In this document: piece by piece, positions 52,491 through 62,818 of the stretch | How the letters are laid out: each line of letters opens with the position of its first letter | Numbering within the stretch: the stretch's first letter is position 1 | Source of the DNA: Thermoplasmata archaeon | GTDB taxonomy: Archaea > Thermoplasmatota > Thermoplasmata > Lutacidiplasmatales > UBA184 | Length of the DNA stretch: 64,000 nt | Direction of reading: 5' to 3' | Assembly (NCBI GenBank): GCA_021798415.1 | Contig: JAJZGO010000002.1 | Location: 159 to 64,158 of the forward strand | Program-made: the position numbers and the translations under genes | Notes under the pieces: generated by a model | What the model was told of the DNA's origin: nothing | Database searches by the model: none | Seen by the model: the letters and a program-made list of their open reading frames with translations, nothing else

Positions 52491-53483
52491 TCACCGCCGC
52501 CGGTCGTTCGAAGAGGTACCGTCGCCGCTGATCGCTTCGAGGCGCGCGTCGAACCATGCCCCGTACGAGCGGGCTCTCAGGGGGTAATCCGGTGAGACCC
52601 TACGAACGTGGGGGATCGCGAGCACCCGGGCGATGGCCTGCTGGACGGCCGCCGCGGACTCTACCGGAATGCGGACCACCACGAGGTTCCCGAGCTGTTC
52701 GTGCCGACCCCCGTAGACGGCGGGGTCGGTGTCGAGGGGTAGGAGGTCAGGATGCAGCAGCTCGACCGAATGTTCCACTTCCGACCGAGCGCTGGCCGAA
52801 TCGCACGTGATGTGCAACACGATGCTCGGGGACCGCGACCAATCTATGTTGGGGATATACAAGATGGCCCGACCCTCGACCAAGGCGTCCCAGTGCCGGC
52901 GCACTCGTCGTTCGGGCTGGCCGATGGTCGTCGCGAGCTTCCGGACCGAGTGGCTGGGGGAGCGTCGGGCTGCGAGGATGATCCGCCAATCCAAGCGGTC
53001 CGCTCCGATCGTGGATGTCGGCGGACGCATCACGAACGGTCCCCGCACCTCGCGATCCGGTGATAATCGACGGAGGCTCTCGATACGGCGGTCCCGGCGG
53101 GGCCTCGGGTGCTCATCGACGCACAGGATCGAGACCGAGGTCCCGGGGTGGGGCGACCGTTCGTCTCCGTAGCCCGTGTACGCGCGAAGGGCTCCCTCCA
53201 ATGCGCCCACCCTCCCCAGCACCTCGTCGGCGTCCTGCGTCTCCGTGAGCAGCAGTTCAAATCGGGCCACGCCCACACCGAACAATCTCGGATTGGGCCA
53301 GACGTCGACCCCATGCCAGAAGCCTTCTTCGCGCCAACGGCGAAGGCGAAGCCGGGCCGCGTTGCGACCGAGGCCGACGGACCGGGCGATCTCCTGGACG
53401 GTGACGCGGGGATCGATCCCCCACACCGACCACCTTCGATCGGGGTACATCGCCCGGAGCATCGAGAGGTCGAGGTTGTCCAC
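52491..53483 (-). CDS. Tandem Lrp/AsnC-like HTH regulator (two HTH-plus-regulatory-domain repeats)
   Basis: GTG 53483 gives VDNLDLSMLRAMYPDRRWSVWGIDPRVTVQEIARSVGLGRNAARLRLRRWREEG. The second repeat is LDWRIILAARRSPSHSVRKLATTIGQPERRVRRHWDALVEG. Confidence 0.55.
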   Translation of the reverse strand: MDNLDLSMLRAMYPDRRWSVWGIDPRVTVQEIARSVGLGRNAARLRLRRWREEGFWHGVDVWPNPRLFGVGVARFELLLTETQDADEVLGRVGALEGALRAYTGYGDERSPHPGTSVSILCVDEHPRPRRDRRIESLRRLSPDREVRGPFVMRPPTSTIGADRLDWRIILAARRSPSHSVRKLATTIGQPERRVRRHWDALVEGRAILYIPNIDWSRSPSIVLHITCDSASARSEVEHSVELLHPDLLPLDTDPAVYGGRHEQLGNLVVVRIPVESAAAVQQAIARVLAIPHVRRVSPDYPLRARSYGAWFDARLEAISGDGTSSNDRRR

Positions 53484-53738
53484 GAAAGGGGGGAAGGGCG
53501 CTTCGGCAAAAGGACCACGCGATACCGTCCGGGGCCTTCCGAGAAGCCTGGGATTCTCCTTTCGACGAGGCGCCCGGTGGGCGGTCGGGGCCGCGCGCGC
53601 CACCTTGACCGGACGGCTCCGACGTCCCCTCTCCGAGGACTTTCGACGCACATCCACCGTTCACTCTTTGACGGTACACGGACCCGGGGGTCGCGTCGTA
53701 AGTGCTACTAAGGTTCCGAGCAATGGGTACGAAGGTCG

Positions 53739-54989
53739 ATGACCTCGGCTCCGATTCGAATCTCCCTTCAAGCGGCTCGGCGGCTCGCCGTCACCAAGCA
53801 GCACCTCGCCGGCAAGCGTCCCGGGCGGGCCACGGCCGAGCGGATTGTGGAGACCGTTCGCGACTTGCCGTACGTCCAGTGGGATCCGGTCAGCGTCGTG
53901 GCCCCCTCCCACATCCTCTCGCTATGGGCGCGAGTCGGGTCGTTCCGGCTTGCCGAACTGGACCGGCTGTTATGGACCGAGAGGCGCCTCCTCCAGCACT
54001 GGATCCCCTTCGCCAGCGTCGTAGCGACCGAAGACTACCCCGTCTACTCCTCCCTCATGCGGAGGTATCCCGAGTCCCTCTCCGACTCTTGGGGAGCCCA
54101 ACGCGTCCGCGCCCGAGCGTTCCTCGCAAAGCACGCGGAACTTCGACGGAGGGTTCTCGCGGACCTGCAAGGCGGTCCGATGCAGTTGACCCAGTTCAGC
54201 GACCACGCACGGACCAAGAGGGTCGCCGGGGACTGGGAGCCTTCGAGCGCGGTCTCCGAGATGCTCTGGCACCTCCTCATGTCGGGCGAGGTGATGGTAG
54301 TCGGGCACGCTGGTAACCAGAATCTGTGGGGGCTGCCCGACGCCTTCCTCCCGTCATGGGTCAACCGCGAGGTGCTCTCCGAGGAGGAGGCCGATTTGGA
54401 GGCGGCCCAGCGGGCCCTGAGAGGGCTTGGAGTGTCGACGGCGAAGGAGATCCACTACTACTTCATCCGGGGCTGCTACCGGGATATTCGATCGACCCTG
54501 GAGACTCTCGTGGCCGACTCCCGAGTCCACCGCGTGGGGATCGAGGGGCTGGCCGACCGTGACGAGCGCTTTGTCCACGCGGACGACGTGGCCCTGCTCG
54601 ATGACCTGACCCGAGGCAAGTTCTCGCCGCGGATCGCGGTCCTTCCCCCCTTCGACAACATGATCTACAACCAGGCTCGGGGCAGACGGTTGTTCACCTT
54701 CGACTACGTCCGCGAGCAGTTTCTCCCGAAGGCAAGGCGGCGGTTCGGAATGTGGGTGCTTCCCATCCTACGGGGAGAGCGGTTGATCGGGCGCATGGAC
54801 GCCCGCTTGGACAAGCCGGCGCGACGGTTACGGGTCAACGCGCTGTTCGCGGAGCCGGGCGCACCGACGGCCCCGGCCGTCGCCACCGCGATTCGAGAGG
54901 AGCTGGATCGCCTCGCCGCGTTCCTTGGAGCGGACTCGGTGGCATTTGCATCAAAAGTGCCGTCGATCTGGAAGAGGGGCCTCGTCTAG
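53739..54989 (+). CDS. YcaQ/AlkZ-family winged-helix DNA glycosylase-like protein (DUF1006)
   Basis: Colinear with E. coli YcaQ: RISLQAARRLAVTKQHL, VQWDPVSVVAPSHILSLWARVGSF, FGMWVLPILRGERLIGRMDARLDK. Confidence 0.75.
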   Translation: MTSAPIRISLQAARRLAVTKQHLAGKRPGRATAERIVETVRDLPYVQWDPVSVVAPSHILSLWARVGSFRLAELDRLLWTERRLLQHWIPFASVVATEDYPVYSSLMRRYPESLSDSWGAQRVRARAFLAKHAELRRRVLADLQGGPMQLTQFSDHARTKRVAGDWEPSSAVSEMLWHLLMSGEVMVVGHAGNQNLWGLPDAFLPSWVNREVLSEEEADLEAAQRALRGLGVSTAKEIHYYFIRGCYRDIRSTLETLVADSRVHRVGIEGLADRDERFVHADDVALLDDLTRGKFSPRIAVLPPFDNMIYNQARGRRLFTFDYVREQFLPKARRRFGMWVLPILRGERLIGRMDARLDKPARRLRVNALFAEPGAPTAPAVATAIREELDRLAAFLGADSVAFASKVPSIWKRGLV

Positions 54990-55330
54990 ATGCTCCCAAC
55001 TCGGAGTCGCGGGTAGGTTGTCACTACGTCCGATCTCCCGCGAGCCGGCGAGCACGCCGGGGGCATCCCCCGTCGCCCACCGGCCCGGTTCGTTCGGTGT
55101 TTCCCGCCGCAGCGGCCACTAGGGCCACTCATCCAGCGGATAGGCTAGCTAGGTAGGGGGCACATCGGGATGCCCGCACCGGTCGCCCAGGTGTTGTCAC
55201 GACGGCGTTCTCGTAGCTCCTCACGCACGATAGGAACAGGTTACTCGGACCGAGCGTGGAACCATCCCCCGCGAAGGAAGTCGGCGGGTCCGACGCACCG
55301 CGTGCATGGCGGCCTTCTGACTGAGATGGG

Positions 55331-55756
55331 TCAAGCGGAATCTACTCGCAAGCCCTTTCCTCGGCCCCGGCGCCGTGGAGCCGAGCTCGACCGGCCGCTA
55401 CCGTCGGGGTAGACCGCCAGAAAGACAGTCGCGCGACGAGATCTCCTCGGCCACCGATAGGCTCTGCACTTCGCCCGGGCCGGCAGAACGAGCACATCAC
55501 CAACCCCGAGTACTTGCGACCGTTGGCGCTTCTCGAGGAACTCGACGCGGAGCCGGCCCTGAACCACGACCAAAAGATCGACTCGGGGTGATTCGAACCA
55601 GTTAGGGTCGAGCGCCTCCCGCTGCTTTCGGACCCAAACGACCTCGAACCCTGAGCCGTGATAGACGGTACCTACTTCCCCCGTCGGCCCCGTTCGAAGC
55701 CCGCTCCCGTCCTTTTTCAGCGTGCGAATCACGCGAGGACGAACCTTCCCGCCCAT
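55331..55756 (-). CDS. Cupin-fold protein
   Basis: DLLVVVQGRLRVEF...VLGVGDVLVLPA fits the two-motif cupin barrel. Start ATG 55756. Confidence 0.45.
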   Translation of the reverse strand: MGGKVRPRVIRTLKKDGSGLRTGPTGEVGTVYHGSGFEVVWVRKQREALDPNWFESPRVDLLVVVQGRLRVEFLEKRQRSQVLGVGDVLVLPARAKCRAYRWPRRSRRATVFLAVYPDGSGRSSSAPRRRGRGKGLRVDSA

Positions 55757-56022
55757 ATCCGGTGTAGCTGCGGACGCCACGGGACCCGCCTCTCAGTGAA
55801 AGGGTTTGTGGAAAGCCGGACGGGGTCCTGAGGTCATGCAGTGTTGGGAGCACAGGGCGATGTGCGCCCACGTTCGAGTCAAGCGATAGGTAGCCACCAC
55901 TACGGTGGATCTGCTGACGGAGAACGGGCCCAGGGGGTGCGAGCGATACGCCGAGATCGTCCCGGCGGAGGTATATCGGCGAAGGACCGCCTCGCGGTTG
56001 GGATCGATCGAGGACGCCCGAA

Positions 56023-56586
56023 TCACTCGGCCAGCGTGCTGCTGAACCAGGCGCGAGTCGGCGCGTCGATATCCATCTGCCAGAAGAGCGCGTTCATTTC
56101 GCCCCGGTGCTGGAGCTCTTCCTCCACCACGTGCCAGAGGATCGTACGAAGGTTCGCCCTCATCTCGAAGGGCGTTCCGTTCCCCTGAACTCCCCGGATC
56201 ACGAAGCTCCGATTGAGTCGGGCTGGGGTCAACGACCTCGCGAGGGCCCGACTGGCCCGGGCGACGTGACCGACCACCCTTCGGATCTCCTTCGGGGACA
56301 GGGCTCCCTTCACCTCGGGATGCGATTCCTGACGATCCCCGGGAACGCTTTCCAGCCACCAGATGTTGTTGTCGAGGATGTGGAGGAAGATGTCTTGGAT
56401 CGAAGGGAAGGATGCGCCCCGGTCCCGGACGCGTTCCTCTCTCGGAAGCCCGAGCAGTTTCTCCAGGTAGTCCCTACGGGTCTCCACGAGCCATTGAATC
56501 CACGCCCCGGCCAAGTCGGCTTCGCTGACGCTCCGCCGCGAAGGCGCTCCTTTCGGGCTCGGCGCCCTAGCTCTTCGACCCGTCAT
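56023..56586 (-). CDS. DinB/DinB_2-family (DUF664-like) metal-dependent four-helix-bundle protein
   Basis: ATG 56586. DIFLHILDNNIWWLESV, VGHVARASRALARSL and ILWHVVEEELQHRGEM are the three His-containing helices. Confidence 0.65.
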   Translation of the reverse strand: MTGRRARAPSPKGAPSRRSVSEADLAGAWIQWLVETRRDYLEKLLGLPREERVRDRGASFPSIQDIFLHILDNNIWWLESVPGDRQESHPEVKGALSPKEIRRVVGHVARASRALARSLTPARLNRSFVIRGVQGNGTPFEMRANLRTILWHVVEEELQHRGEMNALFWQMDIDAPTRAWFSSTLAE

Positions 56587-56624
56587 CGAACCGTCCTTCT
56601 CGCCGACCGGTGTTGCAGGTCTTG

Positions 56625-57026
56625 CTACTCCTTCGGAAAGTGAGAGATCTCCCAGAGGTTCCCTTCCGGGTCCTCGAAGAACGCGAAGCGCTGTCCGTTC
56701 GGGCGGGTGTCTGGCGGCTGAAGGAACCGAACCCCCTTCTTGCGGAGCTCCTCGTAGGCACGGTCCGCATCGTCCAAGAAGACCGCGAGGTAGTTCCGTT
56801 GAAGGAGGCTCTCCCCGGGTCGCACGCGCTCTTTGGGAATCTCCCGAGCAAGGCCCTCGGCGGAGACGAGCGCGAGTCCCGGCCCGGCTTTGTCGCCGAA
56901 CTTCAAGTACGCGAAACCGTCCGAGAGTTCCTCCAGCTTCAAACCTAGCTTGTCGCGATAGAACTCTGCGCACCCCTTCACGTCGCGGGCGGTCAGGGCG
57001 TACGCGTTCACGTGGTCCATCGCCAT
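56625..57026 (-). CDS. VOC-family (glyoxalase/bleomycin-resistance/dioxygenase) protein, intact copy
   Basis: MAMDHVNAYALTARDVKGCAEFYRDKLGLKL...FEDPEGNLWEISHF is a classic betaalphabetabetabeta-module pair. Confidence 0.75.
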   Translation of the reverse strand: MAMDHVNAYALTARDVKGCAEFYRDKLGLKLEELSDGFAYLKFGDKAGPGLALVSAEGLAREIPKERVRPGESLLQRNYLAVFLDDADRAYEELRKKGVRFLQPPDTRPNGQRFAFFEDPEGNLWEISHFPKE

Positions 57027-57421
57027 CGGCTCAACCTCGTCGGCGGCTGTCGAGGCATTCGAGCTCAACTATAAGACGGGCGAGTGGGCCGAATCCTCCC
57101 GTCATCGCACCGAACCGATCCACGGCACGGGAGGAGCCCGGAGCACGTGACCGCGAGGTCACCTCTCTGCCGGTACGGAGGCCCACACGAGGAATCGGCC
57201 GTAACGACCTGCCGGGGGGGAGCGCATCGTACCCGCGGGCGGGTCCGGTTCTCTCCCGTGAAAGCGGACCGTGGTGGCACGCTCGAAGTGCTGCTATCGA
57301 ACTTGGGCTCCGAGGACGGACCACGGTTTCTATCCAATTTCGAGGCGCCGCGTGGGAATCCGTCCGGCGTTGCATGATACTTCTGAGCGGGGGATTCACG
57401 CTCCGTGAAATCGGGGCATTC

Positions 57422-57999
57422 CTATCTCGCTGTCTCGTAGTGGAGGAACAGCTCGCCGCCCTTGAAGTGCTTGGCTTCGACGAGCCGCAGCGTCTGCTGG
57501 CCCTCCATCTCGCCAAAGAACTGGCGGCCCTTCCCCAAGATGACCGGACAGATCGCGAACAGGTACTCGTCGATGAGGCCCCGGCGCATAAGCTCCCTTC
57601 CCAGGTCGGGCGCGACCACGACCACATTCTTGCCGTCTTCCTCTCTCAGACGAGCGACGGAGGCGCCCACGTCGCCGGCCAGGACCCTTGAATTCTTCCA
57701 CGTGGCGGGCACCCGCGAGTCCGAGAGGACCGCCTTCTGAGCCTTCTCCGCAAACTCCGACATCTGCCGGTACCACGGATGCTCGCCCGGCGTTCGTTTG
57801 GAGGTGGGCCAGAACTCCGCCCACTCCTCGTACGTTCGGCGGTCGAACAGGAGGGTATCGACGGACCCCCACCTCTTGACCCACATCTCGGTGGAAATCG
57901 GGTCTTCCACCGAGGCGGGCGGGTCTCCCGATCCTGGGTAGACCGGAAACTCGTTGAACCCATCGAGAGTCATGTACATGCTCAGTATGATCCTTCGGT
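57422..57999 (-). CDS. RibD C-terminal domain / dihydrofolate-reductase-family protein
   Basis: MPNHRRIILSMYMTLDGF...LVEAKHFKGGELFLHYE is the DHFR-like reductase fold. Start ATG 57999 or 58011. Confidence 0.75.
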
Positions 58000-58017
58000 G
58001 GTTCGGCATGGCCAACC

Positions 58018-58497
58018 TCATCCATCCGAAGCCGATCGAAGGTCGTGTCGGTGCTCGAGGACGGACTTGAGGTTCATCGCGAAGTAGGTCCAACCCCACT
58101 CGGCACTGCCGTAGAGTTCCGTCCATTTCTCCATACGAGGGAATCCGGTGTGCTCGACGTTGAGGACGGTCCCCCCGTCTTTCGCCGTGACGGAAAGCGA
58201 GAGCACCGTGCCGTGCAACTCCACGCCCGGCCACGTCCACGCGAGGGCGACCCTCTGACCCTCTCGGAAAGCGACGATGCTCCCCGTGTGGGTTGGTCCG
58301 TCGTTCCACGCCAGCAAGTACTTGCCCCCCTTCTTGGGAGAAAACGCCGCCCGATCGCAGAGCCACCGGGTCAGCCACTTGGCATCGGTGAGGGCTCGAA
58401 ACACCGAGTCGGGCGCCGCTCGAATGAAATAATGATGGCTCACCGATCTCTTCGTCTTGGCCGCCACGGGAAGATCCTCCGGCCAACGCATTATCAC
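58018..58497 (-). CDS. SRPBCC (AHSA1 / polyketide-cyclase-like) domain protein
   Basis: SVSHHYFIRAAPDSVFRALTDAKWLTRWL...GTVLSLSVTAKDGGTVLNVEHTGF. Confidence 0.7.
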   Translation of the reverse strand: MIMRWPEDLPVAAKTKRSVSHHYFIRAAPDSVFRALTDAKWLTRWLCDRAAFSPKKGGKYLLAWNDGPTHTGSIVAFREGQRVALAWTWPGVELHGTVLSLSVTAKDGGTVLNVEHTGFPRMEKWTELYGSAEWGWTYFAMNLKSVLEHRHDLRSASDG

Positions 58498-58538
58498 GGT
58501 GCGATTTAATCGGGTAGGGGAATGAAAGTGGGGCGGCG

Positions 58539-59012
58539 ATGACGACGAAGAGATCCCGCTATCAGCCCCCCCCGATGAAAGTCGAGTTCCTTTCGTGCCC
58601 GGTTCAGGCCAGCCTCAAGGTCCTTGGTCGTGAGTGGGCCTTCTTGGTGCTCACTTCGATTGCACTTTTTCGAGCCAACCGTTTCAACGCGATGATCCGG
58701 GCCATGCCGGGGCTCTCGAAGCGGCTCCTCACCATGCGGCTATCAGAACTCGAGCACGCCGGATTCATCGTGCGCGCAGAGAGTCGGCAGGGGTACGTCC
58801 GATGGGAGTTGACGACCAAGGGGGCGGATGTGGTGCCGATCCTCGTGACGATGGTGCGGTTCGGTTCGAGGTGGTATGCGGACGAGGTGTTCGCTGACCG
58901 AACTGCCCGCCCTTTGAGCGACATCTTTGACGAAGGGTACATCCGTAAGACTCTGGGAATCCCCCCGAGTCGAGGGCCAGCCATTCCCGAAGGGGCTATC
59001 CCGGAAGCATGA
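58539..59012 (+). CDS. HxlR-family transcriptional regulator
   Basis: CPVQASLKVLGREWAFLVL...LSKRLLTMRLSELEHAGFIVR is the HxlR-type wHTH. Divergent from the SRPBCC gene. Confidence 0.8.
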   Translation: MTTKRSRYQPPPMKVEFLSCPVQASLKVLGREWAFLVLTSIALFRANRFNAMIRAMPGLSKRLLTMRLSELEHAGFIVRAESRQGYVRWELTTKGADVVPILVTMVRFGSRWYADEVFADRTARPLSDIFDEGYIRKTLGIPPSRGPAIPEGAIPEA

Positions 59013-59083
59013 CCCGCGCTCACGACGCACGGCCACGGTTCACTTTCTGACGGTAGAAGGACCTGGGGGTCGCGTCGTACGTG

Positions 59084-59420
59084 CTACGTCGGACCCGGTT
59101 CGTACGTGATCTCGAATACCTTACCATCGGGCATCCGAAAGTGCTGCCATGCGTACCCACCGGGTCTGTCCCTATGGACCGGACCGAGAAGCTCGATCCC
59201 AGCGGCTTCTAGCTCTTCCCGGGCCCGGTCGATGTCGTCCACTCGGAAGCCGCACACGACCTCGTTGCGAGCAAACTGTTCCGGCGCGAGGGACATTTCG
59301 GACCGAAGATCTCAAACTTGTCCCCGTTCGGAAGCCGGTACACGACAAAGTCCGGGACTCGCGGACGGCCGAGTGTCCGAGAGTCTGTTCGGCGAGGTGC
59401 TTCATAGATTCGAACGCCTT
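59084..59420 (-). pseudogene. Second frameshifted VOC/glyoxalase-family pseudogene
   Basis: RVPDFVVYRLPNGDKFEIFGP (one frame) is followed by MSLAPEQFARNEVVCGFRVDDIDRAREELEAAGIELLGPVHRD...PDGKVFEITYEP (another frame). Both are VOC-like but no single frame spans them. Confidence 0.45.
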
Positions 59421-59517
59421 CGGCTCATCAACGTACCGGGGAACCCCCCCCGCACCGACGTGCCGGAGCCACGTGGCCCCGAGCCTCGGTCGCCGGCTCG
59501 TCGGGCCGCTCGGATCG

Positions 59518-60777
59518 TCAGACTTCGGGCTCGGTGCGCCCCCGGGGTCCCATCGTGTACGCCTCCTCGCCGTGCTGGCTGAGGTCGAGCCCGGCCTCTT
59601 CCTCCTCGGGGCGGACCCGGATCGGTGTGATGAGGTTGATCGCGCGCAGGAGGAGATACGAGCCGACGAACGAGAACGCGCCCACTACGGCGACCGCGAA
59701 GAGCTCCACGAGGAACAGGTGCGGGTTACCGTAGAAGAGGCCGTTCGCGCCGGACGCGTTGATCGCGACCGTAGCGGCGAGCCCGGTCGCGAGGACGCCC
59801 CACATCCCACCGACCCCGTGGCAAGCGAAGACGTCGAGCGAATCGTCGAGGCGGCTGCGGGCGCGCAGGTTGGTGACGAAATTCGCAAGGATCGCCCCGC
59901 TTGCACCGATCAGGATCGCCACCATCGGGGTCACGAACCCGGCGGCCGGGGTGATCGCGACCAGCCCCACCACGGCCCCGATCGACATCCCAACGGCCGA
60001 CGGCTTTCCCTTGAAGGTCCAGTCGACGATCATCCAGGTCACGGCCGCGGCCGCCGCGGCGAGGTTCGTGTCCACGAGCGCGGAGACGGCGAGCTCGTTC
60101 GCGGCCAGCGCGCTGCCTCCGTTGAACCCGAACCATCCGAACCACAGCAACGCCGCTCCGAGCATGACGTAGGGAACGTTGTTCGGCCGGGCGCTCTTCG
60201 CCCGGTCCGTCTCCTCCCTCCGGCCGATGACGAGGGCCGCGGTGATCGCCGAGACTCCAGCCGTGGTGTGGACGACGAGCCCGCCGGCGAAGTCGAGAAC
60301 CCCGAGGTCCCTCAGCCAGCCTCCGTCGCCCCACACCCAGTGGGCGACCGGCGCGTAGATGAGCGTCGTCCAGAGGACGACGTAGATGAGCAGGGCCTTG
60401 AAGCGAATCCGCTCCGCGAATGCGCCGATGATCAGCGCCGGAGTGATCGCCGCGAACTTGAGCTGGAAGGCGAAGTAGAGCAGCGCGGGGATCGTGGAGG
60501 CGTAGAAGGGGTTCGGGGCGGCACCCACCCCGTTCAGTCCGACGTTGGAGAGGTTGCCGATCACTCCGTCGACATTGGGACCGAAGGAGAGGCTGTACGC
60601 CCAGAGTGCCCAGACCAGGCTCACGACGGCGAAGATGATCATCGTCTGGACGATCGTGGACACGAGGTTCTTGCGACGGACGAGGCCGCCGTAGAAGAAC
60701 CCGAGCGCCGGCGTCATGAGCATCACGAGCCCAGTCGCCGTCAGGACCCAAGCCACGTCGCCGGAGTCGATGGTCAT
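59518..60777 (-). CDS. amt: Ammonium transporter (Amt/MEP family)
   Basis: 11 TM helices and DFAGGLVVHTTAGVSAITAALVIGRR, the conserved Amt twin-His region. Confidence 0.9.
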   Translation of the reverse strand: MTIDSGDVAWVLTATGLVMLMTPALGFFYGGLVRRKNLVSTIVQTMIIFAVVSLVWALWAYSLSFGPNVDGVIGNLSNVGLNGVGAAPNPFYASTIPALLYFAFQLKFAAITPALIIGAFAERIRFKALLIYVVLWTTLIYAPVAHWVWGDGGWLRDLGVLDFAGGLVVHTTAGVSAITAALVIGRREETDRAKSARPNNVPYVMLGAALLWFGWFGFNGGSALAANELAVSALVDTNLAAAAAAVTWMIVDWTFKGKPSAVGMSIGAVVGLVAITPAAGFVTPMVAILIGASGAILANFVTNLRARSRLDDSLDVFACHGVGGMWGVLATGLAATVAINASGANGLFYGNPHLFLVELFAVAVVGAFSFVGSYLLLRAINLITPIRVRPEEEEAGLDLSQHGEEAYTMGPRGRTEPEV

Positions 60778-61040
60778 CTCCGCCCGATGTCTCGGCGGCC
60801 ACCGGCGGCCCGGCCCTTAATCTCTGCGGCGCAGGGGTCGCAGGGAGGCGGGCCATATGCTCGAGGGGCCCTCGGGACCCGCCGAGGTCGGCCGTGTCGC
60901 CCGAGACGCGCCGGCCCGCACCGACGGCGCGTCGGGATGGGGCGAACCGGCCCAGGCCGCCCGCGTCGCGGGTCGCCGGAACCGGTTCACGCGGCTCGCC
61001 CACGAGCGGTCGAGCTTGACCTACGTCGCGGGAGGGCGGG

Positions 61041-62198
61041 TCACCGAACGGCGTCCAGAGCCTCGGTGACGTCCCGGACGAGGTCTTCGGTGTCCTCGAT
61101 GCCCAAGGAGAGCCGTACGAGCCCCGCGTCGATCCCCCGGCGGGCGAGCTCGTCGGCCGGCAGGTGTCGATGCGACGTGAGCCCCGGTACGCTCGCGAGG
61201 CTCTCGACCCCGCCCAGGCTCGCCGCGACATGGACGAACCGCAGCCGGGAGAGGAACCGCTCGGCCGTCGCCGCCCCGCCGCGCAGCGAGAGGGAGACCA
61301 TCCCGCTGCGGCCGCGCATCTGGCGGGCGGCGATCGACTCCTCCTCCGCGCTCGCCCAGCCGGGGTAGTGAACTCGGCGGACCGCGGGGTGGTCGCGCAC
61401 GGACTCCGCCACCCTTCGGCCGTTCTCGTTCTGCCGCGCGACCCTCAGCGCGAGAGTCTTGAGCCCCCGCCCGAGCAGGTACGCGGCGAACGGGTCGACG
61501 GACGCCCCGAAGTACCCTTTCGCGTCGACCCGTTCGACGAGGCGTTCGGCGCCGACGACGACCCCGGCGAGGAGGTCGGAGTGCCCGCCCAGGTACTTGG
61601 TGGCGCTGTGGACGACGAGGTCGGCGCCGAGCGCGATCGGGTTCTGGTTGATGGGCGTCGCGAACGTGTTGTCGACGAGCAGGACGGCCCCGACCCGGTC
61701 GGCGGTTTCCGACCACCGGGCGAGGTCGTGGACTTCGAGGAGCGGGTTCGTCGGGCTCTCCACCACCACGAGCCGGGTCGCGTCCGAGACGACCTTCTCG
61801 GGCTCGCGGGCCTCCGACGCGCCGACCTCGCGGACCCGGACCCCGTAACGCGGCAACAGGTCCGTGAGGAGGTCCGTCGTGCCGCCGTAGAGGCCCTCGA
61901 GAGCGACGACCTCGTCGCCGCTCTTGAGGAGCGAGAGGACGCACGCGGTGATGGCGCCCATGCCGGAGCCGAAGAGTCGGGCGGCTTCGCCGCCCTCGAG
62001 CTGGCGGACGATCTCGGCGGGGAGCTCGAGCGTCGGGTTCTCGATGCGGGTGTAGAGGTAGGCCCGTCCTTTCTCCGACGCTTCGGAGCGGTCGGCGGGC
62101 CAGTGGAACGTCGACGTCTGGTAGATCGGCGGCACCACCGCGCCCGCGTTGTAGTCGGGACGGCGCGCGCCGTGGACGAGGCGGGTCGTCGGCCCCAC
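61041..62198 (-). CDS. Cys/Met-metabolism PLP-dependent enzyme (cystathionine gamma-synthase / O-acetylhomoserine sulfhydrylase / methionine gamma-lyase family)
   Basis: GTG 62198 gives VGPTTRLVHGARRPDYNAGAVVPPIYQTSTF. PLP lysine context VVHSATKYLGGHSDLLAGVVV. The ORF-track upstream extension to 62954 is out-of-frame overlap with nadM. Confidence 0.85.
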   Translation of the reverse strand: MGPTTRLVHGARRPDYNAGAVVPPIYQTSTFHWPADRSEASEKGRAYLYTRIENPTLELPAEIVRQLEGGEAARLFGSGMGAITACVLSLLKSGDEVVALEGLYGGTTDLLTDLLPRYGVRVREVGASEAREPEKVVSDATRLVVVESPTNPLLEVHDLARWSETADRVGAVLLVDNTFATPINQNPIALGADLVVHSATKYLGGHSDLLAGVVVGAERLVERVDAKGYFGASVDPFAAYLLGRGLKTLALRVARQNENGRRVAESVRDHPAVRRVHYPGWASAEEESIAARQMRGRSGMVSLSLRGGAATAERFLSRLRFVHVAASLGGVESLASVPGLTSHRHLPADELARRGIDAGLVRLSLGIEDTEDLVRDVTEALDAVR

Positions 62199-62266
62199 CC
62201 AGGACGGCAGCGGTTCGAACCGTGCGCGTCGCGGGCGGTGGGGCGTCGCGGGTTCGCCGCCGTCGG

Positions 62267-62806
62267 TCAAAGGAACCGTCCCGCGGCGGAGCGGCCCTGG
62301 CCCTGCCGCAGGATCCTGAGGCGGGCGGGGGCTTCGAGGCTCGCCAGGTACCGGGCCACCGCCGGCGGGACGAGCTCCTTCCAGCCGCGGCCGCCCGCGA
62401 GCCGCCGGCGCAGGTTCTCGCCCTCGAAGCGGCGTCGGTCGAGGAGGGGGAGGCCCTCGACATCGTACCCCGCCTTCTCGAACAGGAGGCGCGTGAGCGG
62501 GTTGTTGGTGTAGACCCGGTCGAAGTGCGGGAGGAGCCCTTCGAGGTAGCGGACCCAGAGGGCGTGGCGGCCGATGTCCGGCACCGGTACGATCTCGACG
62601 CCGTCGAGCTTCGCCTCCGCGAGCGCGCGGGAGATCATCTCGTACCGCTCGCCGGCCGTGAACGGGTTCTTCCAGGTGTACGACTCCTCGGCGCTCCCGA
62701 TCCCCACGAGCAGGCGGTCGTCGGGCCGACGGGCGAGGATCGCCCGGACCAGACCGAGGTGGCCCCCGTGGAACGGCTGGAACCGGCCGACGAGGAGCCC
62801 GCGCAC
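62267..62806 (-). CDS. nadM: Archaeal-type nicotinamide-nucleotide adenylyltransferase
   Basis: GRFQPFHGGHL (HxGH), IGIGSAEESYTWKNPFTAGER and YTNNPLTRLLFEKAGY are colinear with Methanocaldococcus NMNAT. Confidence 0.85.
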   Translation of the reverse strand: MRGLLVGRFQPFHGGHLGLVRAILARRPDDRLLVGIGSAEESYTWKNPFTAGERYEMISRALAEAKLDGVEIVPVPDIGRHALWVRYLEGLLPHFDRVYTNNPLTRLLFEKAGYDVEGLPLLDRRRFEGENLRRRLAGGRGWKELVPPAVARYLASLEAPARLRILRQGQGRSAAGRFL

Positions 62807-62818
62807 GGAGAGCCGATA

